This document shows, in pieces, positions 1 to 8,419 of a stretch of DNA of 19,040 bases. The notes beneath the pieces are model-generated. The model was not told the DNA's origin and made no database searches. It saw only the letters and a program-made list of their open reading frames with translations. This DNA comes from Myxococcota bacterium (GTDB lineage Bacteria; Myxococcota_A; Bradymonadia; UBA7976; UBA1532), in the NCBI GenBank assembly GCA_036337435.1, contig JAYZEG010000059.1:1-19040 (forward strand). The letters are read 5' to 3'. The position numbers and the translations under genes are program-made. Every line of letters starts with the position of its first letter. Positions within the stretch are counted from its first letter, which is position 1.

Positions 1-1
1 C

Positions 2-172
2 TATTACAGGTCGCCTCAATCTACTGTGGTTGCAACCACCGTTGATGGTCGGCGAATCCGGTTTGCAGCGCGACACCTTGTTCGACATGTGACCCGTGAT
101 GGGATCGTCGGCCACTTTATTCTAAGAATCGACCACAATAATGATTTCGTGAGCTTAACGAGGCGTAGCTAG
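2..172 (+). CDS. 3' end of an unidentified protein, truncated at the window start
   Basis: Frame 2 is open from the window edge (YYRSPQSTVVATTVDGRRIRFAARHLVRHVTRDGIVGHFILRIDHNNDFVSLTRRS*) and ends at TAG 170-172. That stop overlaps the convergent amidohydrolase stop within the palindrome CTAG (169-172). Confidence 0.5.
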   Translation, partial: YYRSPQSTVVATTVDGRRIRFAARHLVRHVTRDGIVGHFILRIDHNNDFVSLTRRS

Positions 173-1884
173 ACAGCGGAGCGAGGTGCTGACTGACGCC
201 CCTTAATGAGACGCCCCGGCAACGCGCCTGTGTACGCATCATTCTCGACAATAAATTGACCCGCACAAATGGTGGCGACGTATCCCGTGGCCTTTTGTAA
301 CAACCGACGACCACCGGCTGGAAGATCCCAATGCATTCGCGGCTGATTCAGTGTTAAGTTATCGAAATCAATGACATTGAGGTCCGCCCGATAGCCCTCG
401 CGAATGAGCCCTCGGTCACGAAGGCCGTATGCCTCGGCCGTCTGCTGCGTTTGACGATGAATTACCCACTCCAAAGGCAGCTTTGAACCCCGTTCTCGGT
501 CCCTCGCCCAATGGGTGAGCATGAATGTTGGCATCCCGCCGTCACAGATTGCACCACAGTGAGCACCAGCGTCGCTCAAGCCGATGAGCGTATCGGGGTC
601 TTGATGCAGATTGAACAAGACATCTAAATCGCCTTGGGAGTAATTAAAAAGCGGAAAATACAATTGCCCTTGGCCGTTGGACTCAAGCAAGTGCTCCAGG
701 GCCACCGCCCGACACGTACGGCCTGTAGACGCCGCGATTGCAGCGATACTGTCATCTGGCCGAGGTTCATATCCGGCCACAAGCGGATACATCTTATTAA
801 AAGATGTGGTGACAAAGGTCTCAAACTCGCCAACAAAGACGGGTTCTTCGGTTAATAATCGAGTCCGAAAAGCTGGATCATTTAGGGCCGCCCATTGCTC
901 CGCCCAAGGCCGATGCATCAGCTGGAGCCAGCTGGGCAACAAGGCAAAAGGATGAGCCGTTGCGCGGAGTCCCATCACAATTCCAATGGCCCGACCCGCA
1001 ACTTGGGCTTTGATCTTTGCACCAGACTGATTTGCCGCACGTAAACGGGATAGGCCTTCAGTCCAGAGCTGCGGAGCTTGGTCTATTTGAGACAGATTGA
1101 ACATGACTTCGAGGTCTAAGTCTTTTGATAAAGATTCCATCCAATTCAGGTCAGCCGGCACCGTCGTATGGTCGCATGCAACTTGAAAAATCGACGGGCC
1201 TGCTGCCCTCATCGCGTCGGCGATGGCCCGTAATTCATCTTGAGCAGCAAATGTCCCTGGCACATATCGGCCGTCAATGGCCTTGTGTAATGGTGTCCTA
1301 GACGTGGAAAAACCCAAGGCACCGGCCTTGATTCCATCTTTGACCATAGCTGCCATTTTGGCGATATCTTCCGCGGTCGCATCCTCGTTGTTTGCGCCTC
1401 GCTCGCCCATGACGTAACCACGGACAGCCCCATGGGGTACCTGAGTGGCAAAGTCGATGGTGCGATGCAGCTTTTCAATAGAGTCGATATATTCAGGAAA
1501 AGACTCCCAATCCCATTTGATTCCTTCGCTCAAAGCCGCGCCTGGTATATCTTCGACACCTTCCATCAGGCCGATGAGCCAGTCCCGTTGGTCAGCTTTG
1601 ACAGGCGCGAACCCCACCCCGCAATTGCCCATGACAACCGTCGTACAACCATGCCCACTCGACGGGTCTATTTTCTCATCCCAAGTCACTTGAGCATCGT
1701 AATGGGTGTGGACATCAACGAATCCAGGGGTGACCAACAGGCCGCGGGCGTCTACTTCACGACGCCCAGAGCCGACCTCACCCAGCGCAGCGATACGGCC
1801 ACCCTTAATTCCGATGTCGATAACCCGCCCTTCGGCACCGGATCCATCAACAACAAATCCGTCTCTAATTACGATGTCGTACAT
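169..1884 (-). CDS. N-acyl-D-amino-acid deacylase family amidohydrolase (D-aminoacylase-like)
   Basis: 571 aa. N-terminal YDIVIRDGFVVDGSG, PGFVDVHTHYD metal motif, GNCG, SDAGAH catalytic Asp region, RGLIREGYRADLNVID, C-terminal DLPAGGRRLLQ..TGALPGRL. GGAGG RBS on the minus strand at 1891-1895. Confidence 0.93.
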   Translation of the reverse strand: MYDIVIRDGFVVDGSGAEGRVIDIGIKGGRIAALGEVGSGRREVDARGLLVTPGFVDVHTHYDAQVTWDEKIDPSSGHGCTTVVMGNCGVGFAPVKADQRDWLIGLMEGVEDIPGAALSEGIKWDWESFPEYIDSIEKLHRTIDFATQVPHGAVRGYVMGERGANNEDATAEDIAKMAAMVKDGIKAGALGFSTSRTPLHKAIDGRYVPGTFAAQDELRAIADAMRAAGPSIFQVACDHTTVPADLNWMESLSKDLDLEVMFNLSQIDQAPQLWTEGLSRLRAANQSGAKIKAQVAGRAIGIVMGLRATAHPFALLPSWLQLMHRPWAEQWAALNDPAFRTRLLTEEPVFVGEFETFVTTSFNKMYPLVAGYEPRPDDSIAAIAASTGRTCRAVALEHLLESNGQGQLYFPLFNYSQGDLDVLFNLHQDPDTLIGLSDAGAHCGAICDGGMPTFMLTHWARDRERGSKLPLEWVIHRQTQQTAEAYGLRDRGLIREGYRADLNVIDFDNLTLNQPRMHWDLPAGGRRLLQKATGYVATICAGQFIVENDAYTGALPGRLIKGRQSAPRSAV

Positions 1885-1900
1885 GCTGAACCTCCATAAC

Positions 1901-1917
1901 TGCGAACATAATTCGCA
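1901..1917. promoter_or_regulatory. Putative TetR operator 1 (TGCGAA-cataa-TTCGCA)
   Basis: Perfect 6-bp inverted repeat with a 5-nt spacer, just upstream of the amidohydrolase RBS. Repeated at 1944-1960. Confidence 0.8.
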
Positions 1918-1926
1918 ATATTTTTG

Positions 1927-1955
1927 TTGATGTCAAGCATATATGCGAATACTGT
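1927..1955 (+). promoter_or_regulatory. Sigma70-like promoter for the TetR gene
   Basis: TTGATG (1927-1932), 17-nt spacer, TACTGT (1950-1955). An overlapping TTGACA on the minus strand (1936-1931) probably serves the divergent gene. Confidence 0.55.
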
Positions 1956-1960
1956 TCGCA
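1944..1960. promoter_or_regulatory. Putative TetR operator 2 (TGCGAA-tactg-TTCGCA)
   Basis: Same half-sites as operator 1. Overlaps the predicted -10 element of the tetR gene. Confidence 0.8.
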
Positions 1961-1979
1961 GTTGAAGGGTTTACGGGCA

Positions 1980-2657
1980 ATGAGCAAGCGAGAAAAACGG
2001 CGAAATGAACGCCAAGCGGCGGTTCTCAATGCCGCTGCCCAATTGATAAACACGTCGGGCTTCGATGCTGTAACAATGCAATCGATCGCGGCGGCGATTG
2101 GGTCATCGGTGGGCGGGCTTTACAGATACTTCCCAAATAAAGAATCTATTTTTAGCGCGCTTCAAACGGATGCTATCTCCATTTTTGACGGGACTATTGC
2201 TGAGCGCCATAAAGCCTATAGCGAACCTGCTTCGCGATTTAGCACACTCAACCGATTGGTCGACGATTTTGGGAGTTGGTCTCGTTTTCGACAGACACAT
2301 CCAGTTCAATTTACATTACTTGAGAGCTTTTTGAGTACACCCCAACAGACCTTAGACAAGGCCGGTCGAGATGCTGTGAATCCGTCTATATCAATCGTCT
2401 TGGCACGAATTACTGAGAGTCTTGAAAACTGTGTCAGGTCAGGTGCATTGAAACCGGGGCCAAGCGGTACGAGAACCTACATGCTGTGGGCTTCGATGCA
2501 TGGCGTTGAGCAGTTGAGTAAGCGTGATCAAGATACGAGCACCCATGGCCAGAGCACGCTTGTGAGAAAGATGTTGATCAGAGATCTCTTGATCTCATGG
2601 GGGGCAATGAAAGGCTTGGTGGACCACGTTATGCACACGGGGGTCCATTCAGGTTGA
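1980..2657 (+). CDS. TetR/AcrR family transcriptional regulator
   Basis: N-terminal HTH AVLNAAAQLINTSGFDAVTMQSIAAAIGSSVGGLYRYFPNKESIF, and C-terminal LWASMHG (WHG-like ligand domain). ATG 1980 is preferred over TTG 1962, which lies directly beside the operator/promoter. Confidence 0.93.
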   Translation: MSKREKRRNERQAAVLNAAAQLINTSGFDAVTMQSIAAAIGSSVGGLYRYFPNKESIFSALQTDAISIFDGTIAERHKAYSEPASRFSTLNRLVDDFGSWSRFRQTHPVQFTLLESFLSTPQQTLDKAGRDAVNPSISIVLARITESLENCVRSGALKPGPSGTRTYMLWASMHGVEQLSKRDQDTSTHGQSTLVRKMLIRDLLISWGAMKGLVDHVMHTGVHSG

Positions 2658-2715
2658 ACCTTCGGACTACCGCGATGTCTCACCGGCATCAACTTAGACG
2701 AGACGGACAAAGCCA

Positions 2716-3591
2716 ATGAAACCTTTATATTCCCTGCTTTTGCTCATGCTGATGTCGATGTGTGCCTATGCCGATGGTGGTAAGGCGGCAGACGCCCATT
2801 CAAATCTCTATCCCTGGCTCGAGCACCTGACTGGCCCCAGACCCAAAACAATTTCCCTCAAGGAGCGGTTCCCAACGCCGCCTGGTTATAAACGGACCGA
2901 ACTCCAGGCAGGGAGCTTTGGGTCTTGGTTGCGGACTTTGCCCGTCAGATTAGATCGGGCCCACGTGCTCAGCTATGACCACCAAAGACTGGTTCGCCCA
3001 TCCAAGGCCATTGTTTTGCTTGACGTCGGCAAACGGGACTTTCAGCAATGCGCTGATAGCATCATTAGACTGCACGGCGAGTATCTTTGGCATAAGAATA
3101 AAGCCCATAAAGCCCGGTATCACTTTACAGATGGTCAGCCAACGTCCTGGCGTGGCTGGGTGCGTGGCGAGCGGTTTAGAGCTGTTGGCCATCGCCTGAA
3201 AAAATATCGCGGTCGGTCCAGGGCCAATCACTATAAGAATTATCGTCGTTGGCTGACCTACATTTTCATTTATGCAGGAACACGCTCAATGAAGTACGAC
3301 AGCAGTCCGGTTGAGGCGGGCGATCTAAAGCCGGGTGATTTCTTTGTGCGACCGGGTGGCCCTGGTCACGCTGTCTTCTTGCTGGATACGGCGGTCAATG
3401 AATCGGGTCAGACCATTGGCTTGATCGGCCAGGGGTTCATGCCAGCTGAGGATTTCCACATCTTATACGGCCAAAACACGGTTGATTCGGTTTGGTTTCC
3501 ACTCCCTCAAACGGTCGAAGAAGAGATGCCCACGCCATCGTGGCCACAACCATTTCGGCTCGAAGACGCCAGACGATTCAAAGTCTTCTAG
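2716..3591 (+). CDS. DUF4846 domain-containing secreted protein
   Basis: Signal peptide, then ERFPTPPGYKR..SFGSWLRTLP, DVGKRDFQQCADSIIRLHGEYLW, YAGTRS, PGDFFVRPGGPGHAV and GQGFMPAEDFHIL, all typical of DUF4846. Confidence 0.85.
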   Translation: MKPLYSLLLLMLMSMCAYADGGKAADAHSNLYPWLEHLTGPRPKTISLKERFPTPPGYKRTELQAGSFGSWLRTLPVRLDRAHVLSYDHQRLVRPSKAIVLLDVGKRDFQQCADSIIRLHGEYLWHKNKAHKARYHFTDGQPTSWRGWVRGERFRAVGHRLKKYRGRSRANHYKNYRRWLTYIFIYAGTRSMKYDSSPVEAGDLKPGDFFVRPGGPGHAVFLLDTAVNESGQTIGLIGQGFMPAEDFHILYGQNTVDSVWFPLPQTVEEEMPTPSWPQPFRLEDARRFKVF

Positions 3592-3704
3592 CTTTGTTGA
3601 ATCCAGAATAAGCAGCGATCATGAGGGACAACTGAGTCACCGTGCATTTGTGTCAGAATCGAGACGGCTGCCCGGGTTTACTCGCGATCCAGCTGAAAAA
3701 ATAT

Positions 3705-3731
3705 TCAAGTTGGCCGGATAAGAGACGATAT
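3705..3731 (+). promoter_or_regulatory. Putative sigma28 (FliA/WhiG-type) promoter
   Basis: TCAA (3705-3708), 15 nt, GACGATAT (3724-3731), compared with the consensus TAAA-N15-GCCGATAA. Lies 30 nt upstream of ATG 3762. Confidence 0.6.
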
Positions 3732-3761
3732 AAGAGTGGGTCGAGCATATGGGGTTTTAGA

Positions 3762-4094
3762 ATGCAGATTCAGGATATGAGGTCGCGTTATGGGTCGGCC
3801 ATTAAACGGGTGGTCGACGTGTCTCGAACACGAACAGAAATTGGGCAGACTCATGGGCATGACTCAGGACAGCCCGACACTGTGTCGATTATCGCGTCAA
3901 CTGAAAGCCTAAACGGACAGTTGGGCACGATGGGACAATCTGGCCTCCATCGACATGCGATCCACCAGGCGCGCGTAAGCTACGCAGATGAAGCACGGGT
4001 CGCAAATCGGATTGATCAACTCAAGCAACTGCTCGCCCAGATTCACCAACTGCAAAATCAGTCTCAGAGACTTGGGCCTAAGGTGTACGCATAG
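3762..4094 (+). CDS. Hypothetical 110-aa protein with a Gln-rich C-terminal coiled coil
   Basis: The ORF fills the gap between DUF4846 and DUF2505. ATG 3762 fits the upstream promoter better than GTG 3642. C-terminus is RIDQLKQLLAQIHQLQNQSQRLGPKVYA. Confidence 0.65.
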   Translation: MQIQDMRSRYGSAIKRVVDVSRTRTEIGQTHGHDSGQPDTVSIIASTESLNGQLGTMGQSGLHRHAIHQARVSYADEARVANRIDQLKQLLAQIHQLQNQSQRLGPKVYA

Positions 4095-4164
4095 ACGTCA
4101 AGCTGGACGCTGGGGCACCCCTTCCAGTAAGCTGGGCGTGCGTCAATAGCCCTTTGGATTCTCG

Positions 4165-4671
4165 ATGCGTTTCGAAATTGATGGCGATTATCAGATGTCA
4201 GTCGACCAATTCTGGTCGACGGTTTTCTTCGATCCCGATTTTAATGACCACTTGCACTTAAACGGCCTAGGCTTTCGTGACTACTCGATTATCGAAGACC
4301 GTGTCGAACCTGATGGACGGCGGTCGAGAATCCTCAAGGCTCATCCAAAAACCCCGATACCAAAGCCGCTTCAAAGGCTGCTGGGGAAGAGCATTTCGTA
4401 TATCGAGCATGGTGAGTACGACCCGAAGGCTCGGACCTGGAAGACACGCATCGAACTCCCCAAAATTGGACGCAAACTTCAGATCGAATCGACCATGTCT
4501 TTCTCGTCGAGTGATGCGAGTTCGTGTCAGAGAAAGGTTGTTTTCGATGTTCGCGCAAACATCTTTGGAATCGGCCGTATTTTGGAAAGGTTCGCCGAGT
4601 CGGCTCTCCGCGAAAATTATGAGTTAGCCCGGGTTGCGACCAATGCCTGGTTTGGGCAAAATCGCAGCTAG
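4165..4671 (+). CDS. DUF2505 family protein (START/SRPBCC-like lipid-binding fold)
   Basis: 168 aa. MRFEI..SVDQFWSTVFFDPDF, P..IPKPLQRLLG..SYIEHG, CQRKVVFDVRANIFGIGRILERF..Y pattern typical of DUF2505. Confidence 0.75.
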   Translation: MRFEIDGDYQMSVDQFWSTVFFDPDFNDHLHLNGLGFRDYSIIEDRVEPDGRRSRILKAHPKTPIPKPLQRLLGKSISYIEHGEYDPKARTWKTRIELPKIGRKLQIESTMSFSSSDASSCQRKVVFDVRANIFGIGRILERFAESALRENYELARVATNAWFGQNRS

Positions 4672-4722
4672 CGACGGTAGGGACCGAGCCATTTGGGTCG
4701 TCAGACCCGGTGTAGGCCTCAA

Positions 4723-5955
4723 TCAGGTTTTGATCTGCCCGGAGTTGGCCATGACGAGTGCCTCGACCGCTTGGACTTCAAGATAGCCTTGCGAACTGTG
4801 AGGATTCAAACCATCACTGGCTTCCATCGACGAATCCGCAGGATTGTAAAGAGAGTGAGGACAGTCGCTTAAAGACTCGAAATAGAGGTTGCCTTTGTAC
4901 ATACCCACAGTGACGGTACCCGTTGCATATTGGGCGAGTGAGTCAATGGCTGTCAGAGCAGCCTGTGTGGCCGGGTCATAGAGACGTCCATCGTATATCT
5001 GCTGGGCGACCAACCTCGATAACGACTCAAACAAAGCGGCCGCACGACGGTCCATGGTTGCCTGGTAAACCGCCTTTAATGCGAACCCGAGCAATTCCAT
5101 GCCGGGGGCTTCATAAACGCCTCGGCTCTTTGTTCCAATGATCCTATTTTCCAGAGCATTCTTCATCCAGATGCCGTTGCGGCCAGCGATCTCATTCGCT
5201 TGTTCCATCGCCTGTAGCGGGTTGACAGCTTCGCCATTGATGGACACACAGCGACCGCTCTCGATTTCTATGCGCACGCTTTCAATTTCATCCGGCGCGT
5301 CCTGTGGCCAGACGCCCATAATCGGGTCCACAATTAAGCAGGGCGTATCCAATTCTTCGAGGTCTTCCGCTTCATGAGACAAGCCGGCCAAATTTGCATC
5401 CGTGCTGTAGCGTTTCTTAGGCCCTGTATCGGCTTCGATCCCTTGCGCCTGAAGATACTCGGCCATCTCTTTTCGACCCGGAAATTGCTCGAGTAATTCT
5501 TCGTCCCGCCACGGCGCGTAGACACCCATCTTGGGGGCCAATACATTTGTGTACCGTTCAAATCGCACTTGGTCATTTCCCCGACCCGTAGCACCATGTG
5601 ACAGAACGGTACAACCACGAGCTCGCATTGCACCGATGAGTCCTGTCACTGTCACCGCTCGTGCGATACCCGTCGTGTTCCAATAACCGCCATCGTAAGT
5701 TGCCTGTGCTTTTAAGACGAGGAAGCATGCTTCGGCCATTTCCGCCTTGAGGTCGACTATGGTTGTCTCAGCTCCACATGGGGCCATCTTGGTGATGATG
5801 TCATTAATGTTTTCTTCATCGGGCTGACCCAGATCCGCTGAAAAGCATAGGACATCTAAACCTGCCTCACGTAAACGGGTTGTGACGGTCTTGCTGTCGA
5901 GTCCACCTGATACGCAAATGCCAATTCTTTGATTTTGTAAGTCTTGTATTTTCAT
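4723..5955 (-). CDS. argG: Argininosuccinate synthase
   Basis: SGGLDS ATP-pyrophosphatase motif, DLGQ, HGATGRGNDQVRFE, APWRD, YSTDANL..SHE, ENRIIGTKSRGVYEAPG. ATG at 5955 (MKIQDL) is the likely start. Confidence 0.96.
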   Translation of the reverse strand: MKIQDLQNQRIGICVSGGLDSKTVTTRLREAGLDVLCFSADLGQPDEENINDIITKMAPCGAETTIVDLKAEMAEACFLVLKAQATYDGGYWNTTGIARAVTVTGLIGAMRARGCTVLSHGATGRGNDQVRFERYTNVLAPKMGVYAPWRDEELLEQFPGRKEMAEYLQAQGIEADTGPKKRYSTDANLAGLSHEAEDLEELDTPCLIVDPIMGVWPQDAPDEIESVRIEIESGRCVSINGEAVNPLQAMEQANEIAGRNGIWMKNALENRIIGTKSRGVYEAPGMELLGFALKAVYQATMDRRAAALFESLSRLVAQQIYDGRLYDPATQAALTAIDSLAQYATGTVTVGMYKGNLYFESLSDCPHSLYNPADSSMEASDGLNPHSSQGYLEVQAVEALVMANSGQIKT

Positions 5956-5964
5956 AGCGGCGCG

Positions 5965-5973
5965 ATAGTAGCA
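5965..5973 (-). promoter_or_regulatory. Extended -10 element (TGc-TACTAT) for argG
   Basis: The minus strand reads TTTTGCTACTATcgcgccgctATG. The -10 hexamer ends 9 nt before the start codon and there is no SD. Confidence 0.5.
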
Positions 5974-6310
5974 AAACAAGTGCGGGTGATCATCAGGTCT
6001 TTTTTATATTTTTTGAGGGTCAGTCAACTCATGCCACTGAGCGACATCTCTATCGCATCGATTCCGCTTTATGAGCTGGGGGGACGGATGCGACCCCCCT
6101 CCCCCCGAGTCTAGAGTGAAAATGGCAGAAACCTCTAGGTCGGCAATGCAAATTAAGGCACACTATCGAGGCGACAAAAATGCGCTTTCCTGGAGCACTT
6201 TGGCCAGGAGGCAAGGCCCTATCGCACCCCATATGATGCTTTTGGAATAAGACAGGAACGAGTTGGGTTACGTAGGCGCCAATTGATAAGTATAATTTTT
6301 GGGGACTCAA

Positions 6311-8419
6311 ATGACACGATTAACGCGCACCGTTCTCTCGGTTGGTCTGGCCTTCGGGTTTGCTTGCAACGAAACCCCAACGGCTGAAGACCTCAAGGCT
6401 GCCAAGGTGCAGACGACGGCGTCGAAAAAAACGACCAAACAGCAAAAGACGGCCCAGATCAACCAGTCGGCAGACGCAAAAACTCAGGCCAATGATACGG
6501 TGACAGCCTCTTTACGTCGCGATGCACAGAACTACGGTCGTAACGTCGACATCGAGTATGAAATCGATGTCAAAATCGACTTCGACTTCTTTACTTTCGA
6601 AGGACAGCAAAACGTCAAATTTAAGAATCGAGCGGGTACCCCTCTAAACGAGCTCTACTTCTTTCTCTACCCCAACACAAAAGAGCTTACTGGTGGGTCT
6701 GGGCGCAATATCGTGGTGAGCAATGTACGAGTCGCCGGGGCGAGCGTTGCAGTCGAGGGAACTCATACGCCACTTTTAAAGATCAATTTAGATCGTCCGC
6801 TTCAACCCGATGAGGTGTGCCATGTGGAACTGGATTTTAAGGGGATCCTCTATCGACAACAGCCCAATGCCAGCGACATGAAGAAGCTGGCCATGGAGCA
6901 GCTGCTTCAGCTGGTCACCGGGCGGACTGGGCATTCAGGAGGTTACGGCGTATTCAGCGTTGGCGAGGGGATTGTGAGTATGGCCCTTTGGCATCCAGTT
7001 TTGGCAGCCCACGATGAGCGCGGCTGGGATGTCGACCCCGGAACCGACATCGGCGATCGGAGCTACTTCGATGTGGCCAACTATTCCGTTACCGTCGACG
7101 TGCCAAAGCAGATAAGAATGGCAACGACAGGTGTTCAGCAATTAAACAAAACACGGGGTACCAAACGTCATTTTGTGGCAGCAGCTGTCCGTGAGTTCGC
7201 CATGCAGCTTTCTGAGAATTATGAAAGTGCCAGCACCGATGTGGCTGGTGTGCGAGTCAATAGCTGGTTTCTCAAAAAAAATCGTGATGTTGGACTCTCC
7301 GTTTTGAAGCAGGCCGCTGATGCGCTTCGAGTGTTTGAACGAGATTTTGGTCCATATCCCTATCGAGAACTCGATGTCGCTCAAAGTCCCCTGACAGGCG
7401 GTGCCGGTGGCGTTGAATTTCCGGGTCTCGTGACAGTGGCTCACATGTTCTACTCAGACCAAATTGGGGGCCTTTCCACCGGGTCCGGCAGTATGGGGAA
7501 AGCCAACCAATTCCTCGCTGACACGCGCGAATTCGTCGTCGCACATGAGGTTGCTCATCAATGGTGGAATGCCATTGTCGGCAGCGACAGCAAACGGCAT
7601 CCATTCGTCGATGAGGCACTCGCAAATCACAGTGCGATTCACTATTTTCAAGCGATTCACGGAAAGAGGGCTGCTGAGAAGCAGAGAGACCTGCAACTCA
7701 GACTCCCTTGGCAAATGTCACGCATGTCCGGCGGCCAAGACCGGCCAGTTGACTTACCGACTCGTGAGTTCAACAACATGGTCGAATATGCGGCTGTTGT
7801 GTACGCCAAAGGCGGTCTATTCTTTGATGCGGTGAGGCAAGAGCTCGGCGAACAAGCCTTCCTTGGCGTTATTCAGACCTATTATCGTGATTATACGTTC
7901 AAGATTGCAAAACCCGATGATCTGGAACGGCGACTCGTCGGAGCGGCAAGAAATCCGGACCGCATGCGTCAACTCATTGACCGTTGGCTCCGGGGCCGAC
8001 ATGCGGACAAAGACATTGCATCTGTCAGCTACATCACCTTGCTCGAGCAATTCGTTGGCCGAGATGTGTTGAGGGCAATCGATCCCAAACTCGAGACGGT
8101 TTTGAATCATCGAGGCTTCGAGGAGTTGGTTAAACTACTCAAGAGTGTAACCAGCTCGGATGGGACTCTGAAGGAGGGGATCGATTATCAGGCCGTGATT
8201 GCTCTTACCGCAGAGTTATTGGGGACAGGAGAAAATGAACTCAACCGTCTGCTGGGCCTCACCACGCGCTTGCTTTTGGACAACGGCTCCATCAAACCAG
8301 GCCAAATTGTACGGGAGTTGGGTGGTGTCATTGCCGGTGAGGACAAGGAAGTCGGCGACCTTATCAACGCCTTTGGCGGCGTGATCGATGCCATCGACCA
8401 ATTGAATAAGACGCCCTAA
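6311..8419 (+). CDS. M1 family zinc metallo-aminopeptidase, predicted lipoprotein
   Basis: HEVAHQWW...DEALA gluzincin motif, GGVEFPG exopeptidase-type motif, FGPYPY, catalytic Tyr region VYAKGGLFF. Signal peptide ends in lipobox-like FGFAC. TATAAT at 6291-6296 supports ATG 6311. Confidence 0.92.
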   Translation: MTRLTRTVLSVGLAFGFACNETPTAEDLKAAKVQTTASKKTTKQQKTAQINQSADAKTQANDTVTASLRRDAQNYGRNVDIEYEIDVKIDFDFFTFEGQQNVKFKNRAGTPLNELYFFLYPNTKELTGGSGRNIVVSNVRVAGASVAVEGTHTPLLKINLDRPLQPDEVCHVELDFKGILYRQQPNASDMKKLAMEQLLQLVTGRTGHSGGYGVFSVGEGIVSMALWHPVLAAHDERGWDVDPGTDIGDRSYFDVANYSVTVDVPKQIRMATTGVQQLNKTRGTKRHFVAAAVREFAMQLSENYESASTDVAGVRVNSWFLKKNRDVGLSVLKQAADALRVFERDFGPYPYRELDVAQSPLTGGAGGVEFPGLVTVAHMFYSDQIGGLSTGSGSMGKANQFLADTREFVVAHEVAHQWWNAIVGSDSKRHPFVDEALANHSAIHYFQAIHGKRAAEKQRDLQLRLPWQMSRMSGGQDRPVDLPTREFNNMVEYAAVVYAKGGLFFDAVRQELGEQAFLGVIQTYYRDYTFKIAKPDDLERRLVGAARNPDRMRQLIDRWLRGRHADKDIASVSYITLLEQFVGRDVLRAIDPKLETVLNHRGFEELVKLLKSVTSSDGTLKEGIDYQAVIALTAELLGTGENELNRLLGLTTRLLLDNGSIKPGQIVRELGGVIAGEDKEVGDLINAFGGVIDAIDQLNKTP

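Noticed and set aside
3642..3761. Longer GTG start for the orphan ORF
   Set aside because: The extension contains the predicted promoter and looks non-coding; ATG 3762 is preferred.
3762..4094. Firm flgM call
   Set aside because: Lacks the conserved I-x-x-G-x-Y C-terminal motif, and there are no flgA/flgN neighbours.
4695..4708. GGGTC-gtca-GACCC hairpin between convergent DUF2505 and argG
   Set aside because: Only a 5-bp stem with no U-tract; too weak to call a terminator.
6050..6310. 86-aa minus-strand ORF in the argG/peptidase spacer
   Set aside because: TTG start overlapping the peptidase promoter region, atypical composition, no RBS.
5956..6310. ARG box or riboswitch upstream of argG
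   Set aside because: No convincing TGAAT-N4-ATTCA-like ARG box and no known riboswitch core was seen.
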